NCBI GenBank assembly: GCA_944392835.1
Contig: CALXYB010000002.1
Location: forward strand, 95,917 to 159,916
Length of the DNA stretch: 64,000 bases
From: an uncultured Alphaproteobacteria bacterium
GTDB lineage: Bacteria; Pseudomonadota; Alphaproteobacteria; RF32; CAG-239
Reading direction: 5' to 3'
Made by a program: the position numbers and the translations under genes. Position 1 is the stretch's first letter, and each line of letters opens with the position of its first letter. Under the pieces are notes generated by a model, which had not been told where the DNA came from, ran no database searches, and saw only the letters and a list, made by a program, of their open reading frames with translations. Shown here piece by piece: positions 39,162-49,199 of the stretch.

Positions 39162-40841
39162 ATGAGTTTTGAGCTGTTACAAGATATGTTTTATGCCGCG
39201 CCGGAGCTTTGGTATGCTTTGGCTGCGATGTTTGTTTTGCTGCTTGGGCTATGGCTATTTAATGTGATTAAGGTTTTGAAGCTTAAGCAGAGAAATTATT
39301 TTTTGAACAGAGACAGAGAACGTTATGCCGAAACTCTTTATGCCTCCAAAGACGGTTATTTTGCCTTTATTTACCCTGATGAAAAGGTCAATGATCCAAG
39401 AAAAACTATTAGAGAACGTTGCTCGCGGCGTTTGGCGGTTATATTAAATCTGGAAAAAGGTACAAACTCCTCTTTTGAAGATGTTTTAAGAACTTTTTAT
39501 AAAGATGATGCCAAGAAGTTGGTTAAATATGTTAGCTTGTTGATGGATGACGGGGTTTCTTTTGAAGAAGAGTTTGTTCTGAAATCCAGCGGAAAACATA
39601 TTAAACTGGCCGGCTCCAGAATTAATGGTTTGGACGGCAATATCTATTGCGACATGATTTGGTTTAGAGATGTTAGTTTTGAATCCGGTCGGATTGAGTT
39701 GTTGGAAAAAGAAAAAAATACGGCTCAGGAAAAGGTTTTGTTGCTGCGCGATTTGATTGATAATATTCCTTATCCGGTTTGGCTTAGAAACGAGGATTTG
39801 AAACCTGTTTTGGTTAATAAGAAATATGTTGATTTTGTGCCGGATTCCTCACAAGAAGAAATTTTGGAGGCTGGAATTGAAATTCCGTCAGCGGGCGGAG
39901 AAAGCGTTTTGAGGAATTTGGCCTTGAAAGCACATGGTACCAACAAAGTAAAGAAAGAAACGGTGTCTGTTGTTAAAGATGGTAAAAGGCACTCTTTTGA
40001 GGCGATAGAAACCCCATTTCATGCCGGACAAAGTTTGGATAAGATTTGTACGGCCGGTGCCTTAATTGAGGTTACGGAACTTGATGATCTGAAGCGAAAT
40101 CTTAAACTGCACCAAAATGCGCATTTGGAGATTTTGGGCGCTTTGGGAACAGCTTTTGCTGTGTTTGATGATAAGTTTAAGCTTTCTTTTTATAACAAGG
40201 CATTTGCTAATTTTTGGAAGTTGGAAGATGTTTGGCTGGAGAGCTCTCCGACCTATGCGATGTTTTTGGATGTTATCAGAGAAAAAAGAATGTTGCCGGA
40301 AGTTCCGGATTTTCGCTTGTATAAAAATGATGAGCAAAAGGAGTTTTCTTCAATCATTGAGCCTAAAGAAGATATGTTGCATTTGCCGGATGGACGAACT
40401 TTTCGGCGTGTGCGCGCGCCACATCCCATGGGTGGTTTGGTGTTTGCCTTTGAAGATGTAACCGACCGCTTGGCGACAAGGAGAGCCTATAATTCTTTGC
40501 TTTCGGTACAAAAAGAAATTTTGGATAATTTGTTTGATCCGGTTTTGATTTTTGGGGCCAACGGGCGCTTAGTTTTTTATAATAAAGCTTATTTGAGTTT
40601 GTGGAAGGTTGATGAGGTTCTTTTGCAAAGTGAGCCCGGAATTGATGAGATTATTGAGGCTCAGGCAAAGTTTTTTGCTAATGTGGACGATTGGGCCGGA
40701 CTTAAAAAAGACATTATTAAACATTTGACCAGTTTGACGACTAAGAGTTTTAGTCTAAAACGCAGTGATGGCGCTTCCATAGAGGTTTTGACGGCGGTTT
40801 TGTCTGATGGATCTATTATGATTACATATAAGCAGATATAG
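39162..40841 (+). CDS. Membrane-anchored protein with three tandem PAS-like repeats and no output domain
   Basis: One N-terminal TM helix and three repeats sharing the pattern ...P..(F/L)...G...FYNKA(F/Y)...WKl. No HisKA or HATPase domain follows. Confidence 0.65.
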   Translation: MSFELLQDMFYAAPELWYALAAMFVLLLGLWLFNVIKVLKLKQRNYFLNRDRERYAETLYASKDGYFAFIYPDEKVNDPRKTIRERCSRRLAVILNLEKGTNSSFEDVLRTFYKDDAKKLVKYVSLLMDDGVSFEEEFVLKSSGKHIKLAGSRINGLDGNIYCDMIWFRDVSFESGRIELLEKEKNTAQEKVLLLRDLIDNIPYPVWLRNEDLKPVLVNKKYVDFVPDSSQEEILEAGIEIPSAGGESVLRNLALKAHGTNKVKKETVSVVKDGKRHSFEAIETPFHAGQSLDKICTAGALIEVTELDDLKRNLKLHQNAHLEILGALGTAFAVFDDKFKLSFYNKAFANFWKLEDVWLESSPTYAMFLDVIREKRMLPEVPDFRLYKNDEQKEFSSIIEPKEDMLHLPDGRTFRRVRAPHPMGGLVFAFEDVTDRLATRRAYNSLLSVQKEILDNLFDPVLIFGANGRLVFYNKAYLSLWKVDEVLLQSEPGIDEIIEAQAKFFANVDDWAGLKKDIIKHLTSLTTKSFSLKRSDGASIEVLTAVLSDGSIMITYKQI

Positions 40842-40937
40842 TTTTTTGTGTTAATATTTGACAAAATTATGTAAATATGGCATTTTATTAAGTGTAATAA
40901 GAGGAAGCCAGTAGGGCTTATTGTGGTGGAGTTTTGA

Positions 40938-41792
40938 ATGAAAGAAGACGTTTCAAATCCGAACATTGAGTGGAAAAAGAATAATTCCGAACCAAGTGAG
41001 AGGCTTACTCTCAGAATTAATCATAAAGAAGCTGCCGTTTATTCGGCGGCAAAGAAAAATGTCCTTAAAGCTCCGCGTGTTTCAGCGGCGGAAAATTTGC
41101 CCAAAGGTTTGAAAAAGATTCGTAAAAAGGTCAGAACTATTGATGTTTCTTCCGAGTATGATGACGATGAGGAAGAGGAGTTTCAGTATGTTCCGGACAG
41201 CCTGGAGCAGCTTAATCAGGCTAACTCTTTGATGAATGCACTGAACGAAGAGGAAAAAAAGCTTCTGCACCATCAGGAAGAACTGCAAAATATGAATATG
41301 CAGCGGATGGCCGGAAAAATGGAGGCTTTGGCAACAGCTGCGCATATGGCAAAGCAAGCCGGATTAAGCGGTTTTGAGCAAAAGGCAATTGTGAAAAATC
41401 AGCAGTCAAATGAGCCTTTGGAAAATATTGCAAAGCAAGCTGTCGGAGATATGTTGAGCCAAAAAGAAAAAACGGCGACTAAAAAAATTCCGGAAGGCAA
41501 GGTTATTCAGACCTTACGCGGCGTTAAAAGAGTTAAAGATGCCGGAGGGACCAAGGCTTTGGAAGGACTTTCTTTGGATGCTTTGATAAAAGCCGGTGAA
41601 AAGAACCTTTCCGATGAGGATTTGGCTAAGATTGCCGCTAAAGAAAATAATGAGCTTGCTAAAAAGATTCTGAAAAAATCCGGGCAAGATGTTAAGAAAA
41701 AACGTAAAAAAGAGATGCCGGATAAAATAAAGTCTAACAAAAAGGGCTTGGTCAGACGTAATTTATCTTTAAATAATTTGCACGACCGTTAG
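40938..41792 (+). CDS. Hypothetical K/E-rich low-complexity protein
   Basis: 284 aa ORF with an acidic stretch DDDEEEEF and a basic tail. No family assigned. Confidence 0.5.
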   Translation: MKEDVSNPNIEWKKNNSEPSERLTLRINHKEAAVYSAAKKNVLKAPRVSAAENLPKGLKKIRKKVRTIDVSSEYDDDEEEEFQYVPDSLEQLNQANSLMNALNEEEKKLLHHQEELQNMNMQRMAGKMEALATAAHMAKQAGLSGFEQKAIVKNQQSNEPLENIAKQAVGDMLSQKEKTATKKIPEGKVIQTLRGVKRVKDAGGTKALEGLSLDALIKAGEKNLSDEDLAKIAAKENNELAKKILKKSGQDVKKKRKKEMPDKIKSNKKGLVRRNLSLNNLHDR

Positions 41793-41794
41793 TC

Positions 41795-43081
41795 TTAGCT
41801 ATGTCCTGAGGGATATTTTTTGGTTAAATATGCCAATAGGATTAGTCCGGGGATGACCATTAAAGCTGTTATGAAGAAGAAGATATCCCAGCTGACGTGG
41901 TCTGCCAAAAATCCGCTGGTGGCGGCAAAAACATCTCGGGCAAAACTCATCAAAGAAGAAAGCAAAGCATATTGTGTGGCTGTGTAAGCAATGTTGCACA
42001 AAGAGGACAGATATGCCACCAAAGCGGTAGCTCCCATTCCGGCTGAAATATTGTCCAAAGAGATGGTTACGGTGAGCAAATATATGTTATGACCGGCATA
42101 AGATTGAGCAACAAACATTAAGTTGGTTATGCCTTGTAAAACACCAAACCAGAACAGAGACTTCATTATGCCGAAGCGATTGATTATTAGGCCGCCGGCA
42201 ATGCCGCCGAGAATCGTGGCTATCATCCCATAAAGTTTGCTGACATAAGCAATCTCTACTTTGCTGAATCCCATGTCATCATAAAAAGGATATGCCATGG
42301 GGCCCATATAGGCATCACTCATACGATAGAAAAAGATAAACAGTAAAATAACAGCCCAATCCGGTTTGCGCATAAAGTCTTTGAAGGGGTCATAAACGGC
42401 TGTCAGCAGAAATTTTTTGATGCGTTTGCGGAGAGAGCCTGAGTATGAAACTTGAGTTTTTTTTGAATCTTGTGCCGGCTCTTTGGAACAGAGAATCGCA
42501 ATCATACCGATAAGGGCACCCAGAGACATAATGACATAAACATTGTTCCAGCTCATAACGGAAGCCATCCATATTGCTCCCGCACCTGAGAAGATGAGGC
42601 CGAAACGATAACCCAAAACAAAAATGGCCACACCGGCACCTTGCTCTTTGCTTGAAAAACTTTCAATGCGGTAGGCATCAAGTACGATGTCTTGTGAAGC
42701 AGAAGCAATAGTTACCAAAACAGCAAAAAAAGCCATGGTTAAAGGGCTTGCAGAGGGGTTAACCGTTGACATACATAAAATGGATAACATTAGAATAATC
42801 TGCGTGAACAAAGCCCAACCACGGCGGCGGCCAAGGCGGCAGAATAGGGGCAAACGTATGCGGTCAATCAGCGGAGACCAAGCCCATTTGAAGCTATATG
42901 GTGTTTTGACCAAAGAAAAAAGCCCGATGGCGGCATAAGAGATTCCGGCATCTTTGAGCCATAAATTTAGCGTGCCGAAAACCAGAAGCAATGGAAAACC
43001 GCTGGAGAATCCGAGCGCAATCATGGTAAGCATTCGCTTATCCATATAAATTCTTGCCGCTGTCAGCCATTTTTTTAGCAT
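41795..43081 (-). CDS. ampG: MFS muropeptide permease AmpG
   Basis: 12-TM MFS protein with AmpG-family N-terminus (KRMLTMIALGFSSGFPLLLV). Confidence 0.85.
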   Translation of the reverse strand: MLKKWLTAARIYMDKRMLTMIALGFSSGFPLLLVFGTLNLWLKDAGISYAAIGLFSLVKTPYSFKWAWSPLIDRIRLPLFCRLGRRRGWALFTQIILMLSILCMSTVNPSASPLTMAFFAVLVTIASASQDIVLDAYRIESFSSKEQGAGVAIFVLGYRFGLIFSGAGAIWMASVMSWNNVYVIMSLGALIGMIAILCSKEPAQDSKKTQVSYSGSLRKRIKKFLLTAVYDPFKDFMRKPDWAVILLFIFFYRMSDAYMGPMAYPFYDDMGFSKVEIAYVSKLYGMIATILGGIAGGLIINRFGIMKSLFWFGVLQGITNLMFVAQSYAGHNIYLLTVTISLDNISAGMGATALVAYLSSLCNIAYTATQYALLSSLMSFARDVFAATSGFLADHVSWDIFFFITALMVIPGLILLAYLTKKYPSGHS

Positions 43082-43225
43082 TGGTATCTCTCTCTTTCTT
43101 TGAGTTTGAGCTTAGGCGAAATAGGTTAAATTTTATATAATATGCACATTGCTTTTTTAGCAAAAACAGAGAGCTGTAAAAAAGTTTTAGATATTAACCA
43201 AATTTTTATTTACTTGCCTTAAATC

Positions 43226-43271
43226 CACAATATATTGTTGTTTGAAATTGCTTAAAGCACTATATCTTGTA
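43226..43271. promoter_or_regulatory. Tandem NrdR-box-like palindromes upstream of nrdA
   Basis: ccACAATATATTGTtg (43226-43241) and agCACTATATCTTGTa (43256-43271), centres 30 bp apart. Confidence 0.5.
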
Positions 43272-43288
43272 ATTTGAAAGGTCGGATA

Positions 43289-45571
43289 ATGTTGGAAAAA
43301 CAGGTAGTTAAGCGTGATGGTAAAACAGAAAAGTTTGATTTAGGCAAACTTAGAAAAGTTATGGAAAGGGCAACAAAAGGTTTTGACCTTGATTTGAAAC
43401 CTTTAGAAGAAAAGATGGCAGATTTTGTGAAAGACCAAACCCAAACCTCCGAAATTGCCAAATATCTAACAATGAGTGCCTTGAGTTTGACAACGGTTAA
43501 CGATCCTGATTGGAAAAATGCAGCCGGACGTTTGAAACTTTTTGAGCTTTATAAACAAATGTCTGAAACACGTCAAACAGGCAAAGATTATGATAAACTT
43601 TATGATTATCCGAAGTTTTTGAAATTTGCCGAAGAAAGCGGCATTTATTCAAAAAGAATCAGCGAAGTTTATTCAGAGGAAGAAATTAAGCTTGCGACCG
43701 GTTTTATAGAGCCAAAGTTTGATTTGGTTTATGATTATGCCGGGATTAACTTGCTGATTAAGCGTTATTTATGCGAATATGGCGATAGAATCGTTGAGCT
43801 GCCGCAAGATATGTTTTTATCCATTGCGTTGTTGATTGAGCAAAATGCGGATAAGGATGTGCGTCTTGGTCTGGTTAAGGATACTTATGAAAAACTTGCC
43901 AACAGAAAAATATCTTTGGCAACACCGCTGTTGATGAATTTGCGTCGTCCGAATGGTAATCTGAGCTCTTGCTTTATTACGGTTATGGATGACAACAGAG
44001 ATTCCATTTTTTATGTGATTGACCAGATTTCGGCGATTTCAAAATTCGGCGGCGGGGTTGGTTGCAACTTGTCCAGAGTGCGTTGCAAAGGTGCCAGAAT
44101 TAGGGGAATCAAAAACTCCTCCGGCGGCGTTATCCCGTGGATAAGAATTATTAACGACACGGCGGTTGCGGTTAACCAACAAGGCAAGCGCAAAGGCGCG
44201 GTTACCGTGTCCTTGGATATGTGGCATTTGGATATTGAGGACTTTTTGGAGTTGCGCACGGAAAACGGCGACCAGAGAATGAAAGCCTATGATATTTTCC
44301 CGCAAGTGGTTATTCCTGATTTGTTTATGAAAAAAGTTGAAAACAACGAAAAATGGTTGTTGGTTGATCCTTCCGAGGTGCGTCGGGTTTATGGTAAGGA
44401 AATTGCCGATTTGTGGGGCGAGGAGTTTGATAAGCTTTATAATCAGCTTTATTTAGACGCGCAGTTCGGAAAGCTTGAAATGTTTAAGTTCGTTTCGGCC
44501 AAAGAACTGTTGAAAAGAGTGATGAAGTCTCAGGTGGAAACAGGTATGCCTTATATTGCTTTCAAGGATACCTTAAACAGAATGAATCCGAACAAGCATG
44601 ACGGCGTCATTGTTGGAACAAACCTTTGCACGGAATCGCATAGCAATGTTCGTCCGACACAGTTTGAAAAGAAACGTTTGGATGGCGAAAATATTGTTTC
44701 CGTGGCACATGGCGGTTTGGTTCATGTTTGTAATCTGGTTTCAATTAACTTGGCGAATGTGGACAGCGATGAAGAGCTTGAGAGTATCTGCGATACCTCG
44801 GTCAGAATTTTGGATAATGCTATAGATTTTACGGAAGTTCCGATTTTGGAAGGTTCTTTGCATAATAAGCGCTATCGTACTATCGGGGTTGGTGCGATGG
44901 GTTTGGCAGACCATTTGGCAAAGCGGAATATTCCGTATAATGCTTCAGCTGATTATGTTGATGATTTGTTTGAGAAGTTTGCGCTTTATAATATCAAAGC
45001 CAGCATTGCTTTGGCAAAAGAAAAGGGAACTTTCGGCGCTTATGAAGGCTCTGATTGGTCAAAAGGCTTGATTTTGGGGCGCAGACAGTTGATGTATGCT
45101 AACTCTAAATATGCTAAACAATGGAATCAGGTCTTTGCGGATTTGGCAAAATACGGAATCAGAAATTCGCAGATTACGGCGATTGCACCGAATACCAGCT
45201 CCTCACTTATTCAGGGTTGTACAGCCTCGGTTTTGCCGATTTACAGCAAGTTTTTTGTGGAGAATCACAGCAAAGGAAGCGTGCCGAATTGTCCACCTTT
45301 TATTAAGGATAAGTTCTGGTTTTATCAGGAAAACCGCAATCTGAGCCAACAGTTGGTGGTTGAGGTGATGTCGCGGATTAATAAGTGGATTGATACGGGT
45401 ATCTCTATTGAGCTGATGTATAATCTGAACCGAAATATTAAAGCACGCGATATTTATGACACAATTATGGATGCTTGGAAAAAAGGTATTAAGACCTTGT
45501 ATTATACGCGAACCATTCAGAAAGACGGTTCTTCCGCCGAAAAAGAAGAATGCATCAGTTGTGCCGGTTAG
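43289..45571 (+). CDS. nrdA: Ribonucleoside-diphosphate reductase class Ia alpha subunit
   Basis: N-terminal ATP-cone (VVKRDGKTEKFDLGKL), catalytic core (NLCTE) and C-terminal CxxC tail. Start taken at ATG 43289. Confidence 0.93.
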   Translation: MLEKQVVKRDGKTEKFDLGKLRKVMERATKGFDLDLKPLEEKMADFVKDQTQTSEIAKYLTMSALSLTTVNDPDWKNAAGRLKLFELYKQMSETRQTGKDYDKLYDYPKFLKFAEESGIYSKRISEVYSEEEIKLATGFIEPKFDLVYDYAGINLLIKRYLCEYGDRIVELPQDMFLSIALLIEQNADKDVRLGLVKDTYEKLANRKISLATPLLMNLRRPNGNLSSCFITVMDDNRDSIFYVIDQISAISKFGGGVGCNLSRVRCKGARIRGIKNSSGGVIPWIRIINDTAVAVNQQGKRKGAVTVSLDMWHLDIEDFLELRTENGDQRMKAYDIFPQVVIPDLFMKKVENNEKWLLVDPSEVRRVYGKEIADLWGEEFDKLYNQLYLDAQFGKLEMFKFVSAKELLKRVMKSQVETGMPYIAFKDTLNRMNPNKHDGVIVGTNLCTESHSNVRPTQFEKKRLDGENIVSVAHGGLVHVCNLVSINLANVDSDEELESICDTSVRILDNAIDFTEVPILEGSLHNKRYRTIGVGAMGLADHLAKRNIPYNASADYVDDLFEKFALYNIKASIALAKEKGTFGAYEGSDWSKGLILGRRQLMYANSKYAKQWNQVFADLAKYGIRNSQITAIAPNTSSSLIQGCTASVLPIYSKFFVENHSKGSVPNCPPFIKDKFWFYQENRNLSQQLVVEVMSRINKWIDTGISIELMYNLNRNIKARDIYDTIMDAWKKGIKTLYYTRTIQKDGSSAEKEECISCAG

Positions 45572-45590
45572 GTTTAAAAAGGAGTGAAAA

Positions 45591-46625
45591 ATGCAACGCA
45601 AAAGATTGTTTAATGTTGAAGGTGACGACAGCCTGATTAATCGTAAGATGATTAAAGGTAATGTTACAAACTTGTTTAATCTTAACAATGTTAAGTATCA
45701 ATGGGCGAACAAGCTTTATCGTTTGATGATGGAAAACTTTTGGATTCCTGAAAAAGTTTCGCTTTTTGATGACAAAAGAGCCTATGATGAGTTAACTCCG
45801 GCAGAGCAAAATGCTTATGATGGTATTTTGTCTTTCTTGGTCTTTTTGGATTCAATCCAGACCAATAATTTGCCAAACATCAGTGATTATATTACGGCTC
45901 CGGAAGTTAATCTGATTTTGGCAATTCAGACCTATCAGGAAGCAGTGCATTCGCAAAGCTATGCTTATATTATTGAAAGTATTATTCCGGCTGAAAAACG
46001 TGCCTATATCTATGATAGGTGGCGTGATGATAAGATTTTGTTGGAGCGGAATAAGTATATTGCCGAAATTTATCAGGACTTTGTTGATGAGCGAAATGAT
46101 AAAAATTTTGCTCGTGTGCTGATTGCTAACTATTTGTTGGAAGGCGTTTATTTTTATAACGGGTTCAACTTCTTCTACAACTTGTCTTCACGTTCCTTAA
46201 TGGTTGGTACGGCAGATGAGATTAAATATATTAACCGTGACGAGCTGACGCATTGTGTGATTTTTGCAAATATCATTAAAGAAATCAGGGCAGAAAACTC
46301 TACCTTCTTTTCGGAAGATGAGATTTACGAGATGTTTGCTAAGGCGGTTGAACAAGAGATTAACTGGAGCAACCATATTATCGGGGATCAGGTTTTGGGT
46401 ATTACACCGGAAACCATTGAAAAATATACCAAATTTATTGCCAACAAACGTCTGAAAGATATTGGTATGAAACCGATGTATGAAGGATTTGACGAGAATC
46501 CTTATGCGCATCTGGAAAAAATCTCTGATACCAACGGCGAAGGAAATGTTAAAGGCAACTTCTTTGAGGCCAACGTATCCTCTTACAACCAAAGTACTGC
46601 CGTTGAGGGTTGGGACGAAATATAA
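45591..46625 (+). CDS. nrdB: Ribonucleoside-diphosphate reductase beta subunit
   Basis: Di-iron ligands (EAVHSQSY, ELTH) and tyrosyl-radical region; 344 aa. Confidence 0.92.
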   Translation: MQRKRLFNVEGDDSLINRKMIKGNVTNLFNLNNVKYQWANKLYRLMMENFWIPEKVSLFDDKRAYDELTPAEQNAYDGILSFLVFLDSIQTNNLPNISDYITAPEVNLILAIQTYQEAVHSQSYAYIIESIIPAEKRAYIYDRWRDDKILLERNKYIAEIYQDFVDERNDKNFARVLIANYLLEGVYFYNGFNFFYNLSSRSLMVGTADEIKYINRDELTHCVIFANIIKEIRAENSTFFSEDEIYEMFAKAVEQEINWSNHIIGDQVLGITPETIEKYTKFIANKRLKDIGMKPMYEGFDENPYAHLEKISDTNGEGNVKGNFFEANVSSYNQSTAVEGWDEI

Positions 46626-46654
46626 AAAACTCGTATAATGGGTAACTAATGCAG
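46623..46654. repeat. 32-bp repeat element copy 1 (aaaaaactcgtataatgggtaactaatgcaga)
   Basis: Near-identical copy (2 substitutions in 32 bp, both R/R transitions) at 58307-58338; both begin at the stop codon of a plus-strand gene. Confidence 0.6.
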
Positions 46655-46680
46655 ATTTCGCGAGTTGAAAAAATGCTCAC

Positions 46681-46708
46681 CACATAAAATAAAACCCCGC
46701 TTGCGGCG
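46681..46708. terminator. Rho-independent terminator (bidirectional) between nrdB and secB
   Basis: Stem ccccgc/gcgggg followed by T5. Confidence 0.65.
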
Positions 46709-46717
46709 GGGTTTTTC

Positions 46718-47185
46718 TTAATGTTGGTTTTTGCGATTGTTGTACATGGTTACAAAGTCAATCGGGTTTATCATAAACGGCGGAAGACCTCCCTCAACCA
46801 AACAATTGGTTACAACATTGCGTGCGAAGGGGAAGATAAGCCGCGGAATTTCAATCATCAATACCGGTTCAAGATGTTCGGCAGGAACATTTAAGGCAAC
46901 AACCGCCGCATAGGTTAATTCCAAGATAAAGAGTTTTTGTTGGTTGACATCGCCGTTCATGCTGATTTTAAGTTCAACATTGTAAAAATTTTCTTCCAAA
47001 GCACGATATGCAACCTCAACATTAATCTGAACATCAGGTGCAGATGTGATTTCCTTAAAAATTTCCGGCGCATGAGGAATTTCTAAAGATAAGTCTTTAA
47101 TATATTGCGTATTAATCATTATGGCCGGTTGATTGTTTTGTTGAGCAGTTTGCTCGTTAGCTGTGTTTTTGGGTTCTTTACTCAT
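46718..47185 (-). CDS. secB: Protein-export chaperone SecB
   Basis: 155 aa SecB fold sequence (FxIEKIYxKD-like N-terminus). Confidence 0.9.
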   Translation of the reverse strand: MSKEPKNTANEQTAQQNNQPAIMINTQYIKDLSLEIPHAPEIFKEITSAPDVQINVEVAYRALEENFYNVELKISMNGDVNQQKLFILELTYAAVVALNVPAEHLEPVLMIEIPRLIFPFARNVVTNCLVEGGLPPFMINPIDFVTMYNNRKNQH

Positions 47186-47331
47186 ATAATTTTCTCCTCA
47201 AACAGGGCGTTATTGTTAATTTTAGCAATACTATAAATAATATCAGTCGTCAAATATTTATAGTTGATAATAAACGCCAATTTAGCTATATATTAATAAG
47301 AAGATAGATTTAGATTTTTGATGAGGAAAAA

Positions 47332-48000
47332 ATGGCTGCGTATTTGGATATTATCATTTTGTTGGTTGTGGTGGTGTTGATTTTCAGTAAGCTTAAAAGT
47401 TTGCTTGGAACAAGGCCTGATAATTTTGAACAACACAAAATGTCTGACGAAAGCGCGGCCAAGATTTTTGATATCATTGTTAAAGAGGCTGAAAAAAAGG
47501 CTGCCGAAGAAGCGAATCAGGCTAAGGCTGAGGAAGTTAAGATTCCTGATGAAGAGCTGAGCGAAGTTGATAAAGTGTTGATGCAAATGCCCGGTTTTAA
47601 TCGTGAGAAGTTTTTGAGCGGTGCCGAAAAAGCTTTTGAGATTATTATTGTGGCTTTCAGCAAAGGAGATGTTGAAACACTTGAGATGTTGGTTAACAAA
47701 ACTTTGTTGAAGAAGTTTCAAGAGATTATTGAAAAGCGCAAAGCTGACGGTATTACTTCCGAGACGGATTTTATCGGCTTTGATGATGTTGAAATTGTTG
47801 ATGCAAAAATCACCAAAAACGGTGTTGCCAAAATTACCGTTAAGTTTGTCAGTGAGCAGGTTAATATTTTGAAAGATAAAAACGGCGAAGTTATTGAAGG
47901 TGATGAGAACTTTATTCAGAATATTACTGATAACTGGACCTTTGAAAGAGCTATCAGCTCTACCAACCCCAACTGGATGTTAATTTCTACGAAAAAATAA
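47332..48000 (+). CDS. Tim44-like domain protein
   Basis: N-terminal TM helix with a C-terminal Tim44/NTF2-like domain ending in W..S. Confidence 0.8.
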   Translation: MAAYLDIIILLVVVVLIFSKLKSLLGTRPDNFEQHKMSDESAAKIFDIIVKEAEKKAAEEANQAKAEEVKIPDEELSEVDKVLMQMPGFNREKFLSGAEKAFEIIIVAFSKGDVETLEMLVNKTLLKKFQEIIEKRKADGITSETDFIGFDDVEIVDAKITKNGVAKITVKFVSEQVNILKDKNGEVIEGDENFIQNITDNWTFERAISSTNPNWMLISTKK

Positions 48001-49199
48001 TGAAACGCGTTATTTTTACTTTTGCTCTTTCTCTGTTGCTTTTTGCTTGCGGCAAGGAAGAAGAAAAAACCAAAGAATCGGTTATAGAAAAAACCGAAGA
48101 AGTTGTCGTTGTGCCTGAAGTTGAGGTCTTGCCGACAACTTTTGGTGCTTTGGCAAATTGGAAAAATGATGATATGAGCCAAGCTATCCGCGCTTTTGCA
48201 GATTCTTGTGCTAAGATAAGCGGGGAGAAGGGCGAATATCTTTCTAACGCGATGGTCAAAATTAAAACCGCGAATTATCAGGCGATTTGTAGGGATTTTG
48301 CGGCGCGAGGGATTTTATCTGCAGATGATTTCAGAGCATTTTTGGAAAAGAATTTTATTCCTGCTTTAGTGGTCGGAAATGGCTCTGAAATCGGAAAATT
48401 CACATCATATTATGAATCCTCTCTCAATGCGTCTTATCACAAAAGCGATAAATATAAATATCCGATTTATGGTCGCCCGAATGATTTGATAGAGTTTAAT
48501 GTAAAAGATTTTGATGAAACGCAGCCCTCCAAAAGATATGTCGGACGGGTTAAGGGACAAAAGCTGGTGCCTTATTATACCCGCGCCGAAATTGAGGCCG
48601 GTGCCGGAGATGCGCCGGTGTTGCTTTGGGGAGATGATCCGGTTGATATTTATGTGATGCAGATTCAGGGTTCGGCGGTGGCTGATTTGGATGATGGTCG
48701 CAAGGTGCGTGTGGGTTATGCGGACAACAATGGGCATGCTTTTAAGGGAATCGGCAGCATATTGTTGAGTAAAGGCTTGATTAAGCCTGGCGAAGCCTCT
48801 ATGGGTAAAATCAAAAAATGGTTGAAGAAAAACGGTCAGTTGGCTTTGGATAATATGGCCGAGAACAAACGCTATGTTTTTCATCGCCTGGTGGATGCCG
48901 AAGGGCCGATTGGGGCGCAGGGTGTGCCATTGCGCGCCGGAAGGTCTTTGGCTGTTGACAGAAAATATATTCCGCTCGGGGCACTTTTGTGGTTGGAAAC
49001 AACCGGACCGGATAAGGAAAAAATTGAAAAACTGGTGGTGGCGCAAGATATCGGCGGCGCAATAAAAGGTGCGGTTAGAGGTGATTATTTTTGGGGTTCC
49101 GGCAAAGATGATGTTTTAGATTATGCCGGTCGGATGAACTCGGAAGGTCGTTATTTTATTTTGTTGCCCAAACAAACGGGAGTTGTGGCTGATGACTGA
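48000..49199 (+). CDS. mltA: Membrane-bound lytic murein transglycosylase A
   Basis: Lipobox LFACG, followed by MltA and 3D domains. Confidence 0.88.
   Translation: MKRVIFTFALSLLLFACGKEEEKTKESVIEKTEEVVVVPEVEVLPTTFGALANWKNDDMSQAIRAFADSCAKISGEKGEYLSNAMVKIKTANYQAICRDFAARGILSADDFRAFLEKNFIPALVVGNGSEIGKFTSYYESSLNASYHKSDKYKYPIYGRPNDLIEFNVKDFDETQPSKRYVGRVKGQKLVPYYTRAEIEAGAGDAPVLLWGDDPVDIYVMQIQGSAVADLDDGRKVRVGYADNNGHAFKGIGSILLSKGLIKPGEASMGKIKKWLKKNGQLALDNMAENKRYVFHRLVDAEGPIGAQGVPLRAGRSLAVDRKYIPLGALLWLETTGPDKEKIEKLVVAQDIGGAIKGAVRGDYFWGSGKDDVLDYAGRMNSEGRYFILLPKQTGVVADD

Noticed and set aside
46623-46654. Repeat element considered as a chromosomal dif site
   Set aside because: The XerD-arm consensus (TTATGTTAAAT) is not present and there is no convincing 11-6-11 dyad. 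It is kept as a generic repeat rather than dif.
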